From: Eledone cirrhosa
Taxonomy: Eukaryota
DNA: 64,000 nucleotides
Direction of reading: 5' to 3'
NCBI GenBank assembly: GCA_964016885.1
Contig: OZ024741.1
Coordinates: forward strand, 314,216,001 to 314,280,000
A program made the translations under genes and the position numbers. The notes beneath the pieces were generated by a model. It did not search any database. It saw only the letters and a program-made list of their open reading frames with translations, and was not told the DNA's origin. Shown here piece by piece: positions 62,301 through 64,000 of the stretch. The first letter of the stretch is position 1. Every line of letters begins with the position of its first letter.

Positions 62301-64000
62301 TTCCGTTTTTTATTTGGGCGGGACCCGGTTTTTCTGTGGGTGTCCGTTATTTTATTTGGGGGGGATCTGATTTATTTATTTGTGAGTATCTTTTTTTTAT
62401 TGGGGCGGAGTCCGTTTTTTATTTGGGTGTATCCGTTTTTCATTTGGAGTGGATCCGATTTTTATTTGTGTGTCCGTTTTTTTCTTTGGCGGTCTGTTCC
62501 TTTATTTGGGGGTCATCCTTATTTTATTTCGAGTGGACCCGTTTTTTATTTGGGGATCCGTTTTTTATTTGGTGGGGTCCGTTTTTTATTTGCGGCTTGT
62601 CCGTTTTTCATTTGCGGGGTTCATTTATTGTTTGGGGGATTCGTTTTTTATTTTGAACGGATCCGTTTTTTATTTGGAGGGATATATATTGTATTTGGGC
62701 GGGTCCCTTTTTTTATTTGGGGGATGTGTTTTTTATTTGGGGTGTCCGTTTTTTATTTGGGGGGGATACGTATTCTTTTTGGGCGGGACCCATTTTATAT
62801 TCGGGGATCCGTTCTTTTATTTGAATAGATCCGTTTTTTATTTGGTTGGATCGGTTTTTTTATTTGGGGGACACGATTTTGTTTGTGGTCCGATTTTTTA
62901 TTGTGGGGACGTCCGTTTTTTGTTTGTGCGTCGGTTTTTTATCGGGGCGGTCCATTTTTTATTTGTGCGGTACTTTTTTATTATTTGGGGGTCCGTTTTT
63001 TATTTGGGAGTATCCGTTTTTATTATGAGGGGATACGTTTTTTATTTGATGGGGTCCGTTATTTATTTGGGGGGATACATATTTTATTTAGTGGTCCGTT
63101 TTTTATTTGAGCTGTACCTGTTTTTTATTTGGCGGTCCGTATTTATTTGGGGGTATCCGTTTTTTTTATTTTGGGGATCGTTTTTTACTTTTGGGATCCG
63201 TTTTTTTAATTTTGGGGTTCCGTTTTTTATTCGGTGGTGATGCGTTTTTTTATTTTGAAGGGATACGTTTTTTATTTGGGGAAACGATTTTTATTTTTGG
63301 GGTGTGTTTTTTTATTTTGGCGGTCTGTTTTTTATTCATTGAGGATCCGTTTTTTATTTTGAGGGGACACTTTTTTATTTGGGGGGCTCCGTTTTTTGTT
63401 TGGGGGCCGCGTTTTTATTTGGGGGTGGGTCCGTTCTTTGTTTGTGGGTCCGTTTTTTATTGGGGCGGTCCATTTTTTATTTGTGCGGTGCCTGTTTATT
63501 CTTTGGCGGTCCATTTTTTATTTGGGAGTATCCCTTTTTTATTATGAGGGGATACGTTTATTATTTGATGGGGTCCGTTATTTATTTGGGGGATACATAT
63601 TTTATTTAGGGGTCCATTTTTTATTTGAGCGGTACCTGTTTATTATTTGGCGGTGCGTATTTTATTTCTGGGTATCCGTCTTTTATTTGGGGGATCGTTT
63701 TTTATTTTTGGGGCCCGTTTTTTTATTTTGGGGTTCCGTTTTTTATTCGGTGAGGATCCGTTTGTTAACTTGAGGGGACACTTTATTATTTGGGTGTGTC
63801 CTTTTTTGTTTGCGGGCCCGGTTTTTATTTGGGGCCACCCGTTTTTTATTTGGGGGGTCCGTTGTTTCTATAGGGGTCGGTGTTTTTATTTGTGAGTATC
63901 CGTATTTTCTTGGGGGGGGCGTCCATTTTTTATTTGGGGGGGATCCGTTTTTTATTTGGGGTGTTACGTTTTTGTTTGGGGGTGTCCGTTTTTTGTTTGG

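Larger units (their letters stand above)
5217..64000 (+). repeat. Satellite DNA array, ~20-bp monomer, consensus GGGGGATCCGTTTTTTATTT (contains BamHI site GGATCC), roughly 2,900 monomers, single orientation, runs off the window
   Basis: An exact 20-bp register is visible at e.g. 11371-11440 and 18581-18680. The + strand is G/T-rich throughout and I saw no inversion. Copy number is array length divided by 20. Confidence 0.97.
35715..64000 (+). repeat. Tandem ~14-15 kb duplication of the satellite (copy 1 ~35715-50940, copy 2 ~50940 to window end)
   Basis: Rare variant markers recur colinearly: ATTTGCGGTATCG 35736/50960, TCTTGCGAGATACG 35991/51212, TACTTGGCTGATCCC ~40791/56099, AATTGCAGGGCATTCG 43301/57423 and GTGAGTATCC 45728/59891, 47665/61978, 49614/63892. 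Confidence 0.88.

Noticed and set aside
5217-64000. Hundreds of overlapping F/G/L/I/Y-rich ORFs, including 791 aa at 40912-43287, and K/P/N-rich minus-strand ORFs
   Set aside because: They are translations of the 20-bp monomer, which has no stop codon on +. They overlap in all three frames, the period is not a multiple of 3 and no domain is recognisable.
5217-64000. CRISPR-like repeat-spacer array
   Set aside because: Monomers are contiguous with no unique spacers, there are no cas genes and the context is eukaryotic.
5217-64000. Canonical telomerase-made telomere (T2G4/T4G4/TTAGGG-like) or rDNA spacer
   Set aside because: Monomers are heavily diverged and arranged in kb-scale higher-order blocks, which points to recombinational amplification. 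TTAGGG occurs only as scattered variants and no rRNA sequence is present.
5217-64000. Information encoded in G-run and T-run lengths
   Set aside because: Homopolymer length variation is expected from slippage and long-read error, and cannot be interpreted without read-level data.
1-64000. Assignment of host species (cephalopod-like microsatellite and PLE content)
   Set aside because: Suggestive only; there is no diagnostic marker in the window.

Overview
Eukaryotic (probably invertebrate animal) repeat-rich DNA with no intact protein-coding gene, RNA gene or CRISPR array that I can support. The first ~5.2 kb is a mosaic: a diverged ~512-bp-period purine-rich duplication (1-893), a compound (TA)/(CA)/(TG) microsatellite, a decayed Penelope-like retroelement (PLE) on + and a decayed Ty3/Gypsy gag-protease-RT fragment on -. 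The PLE keeps its N-terminal region and its CxC-x5-C-x5-C plus GIY-YIG endonuclease but lacks the whole reverse-transcriptase core. From ~5217 to the window end (about 58.8 kb, open on the right) is one strand-asymmetric satellite with a ~20-bp monomer (consensus GGGGGATCCGTTTTTTATTT). Its diverged monomers form nested higher-order repeats: 0.9-2.5 kb units, a possible ~7.3 kb tier and a ~14-15 kb tandem duplication. The several hundred Phe/Gly-rich ORFs over the satellite are artefacts. All periods and coordinates were read by eye from marker motifs and are approximate. I found no evidence strong enough to claim a new biological system. The best leads are the satellite's hierarchy and the RT-less PLE.
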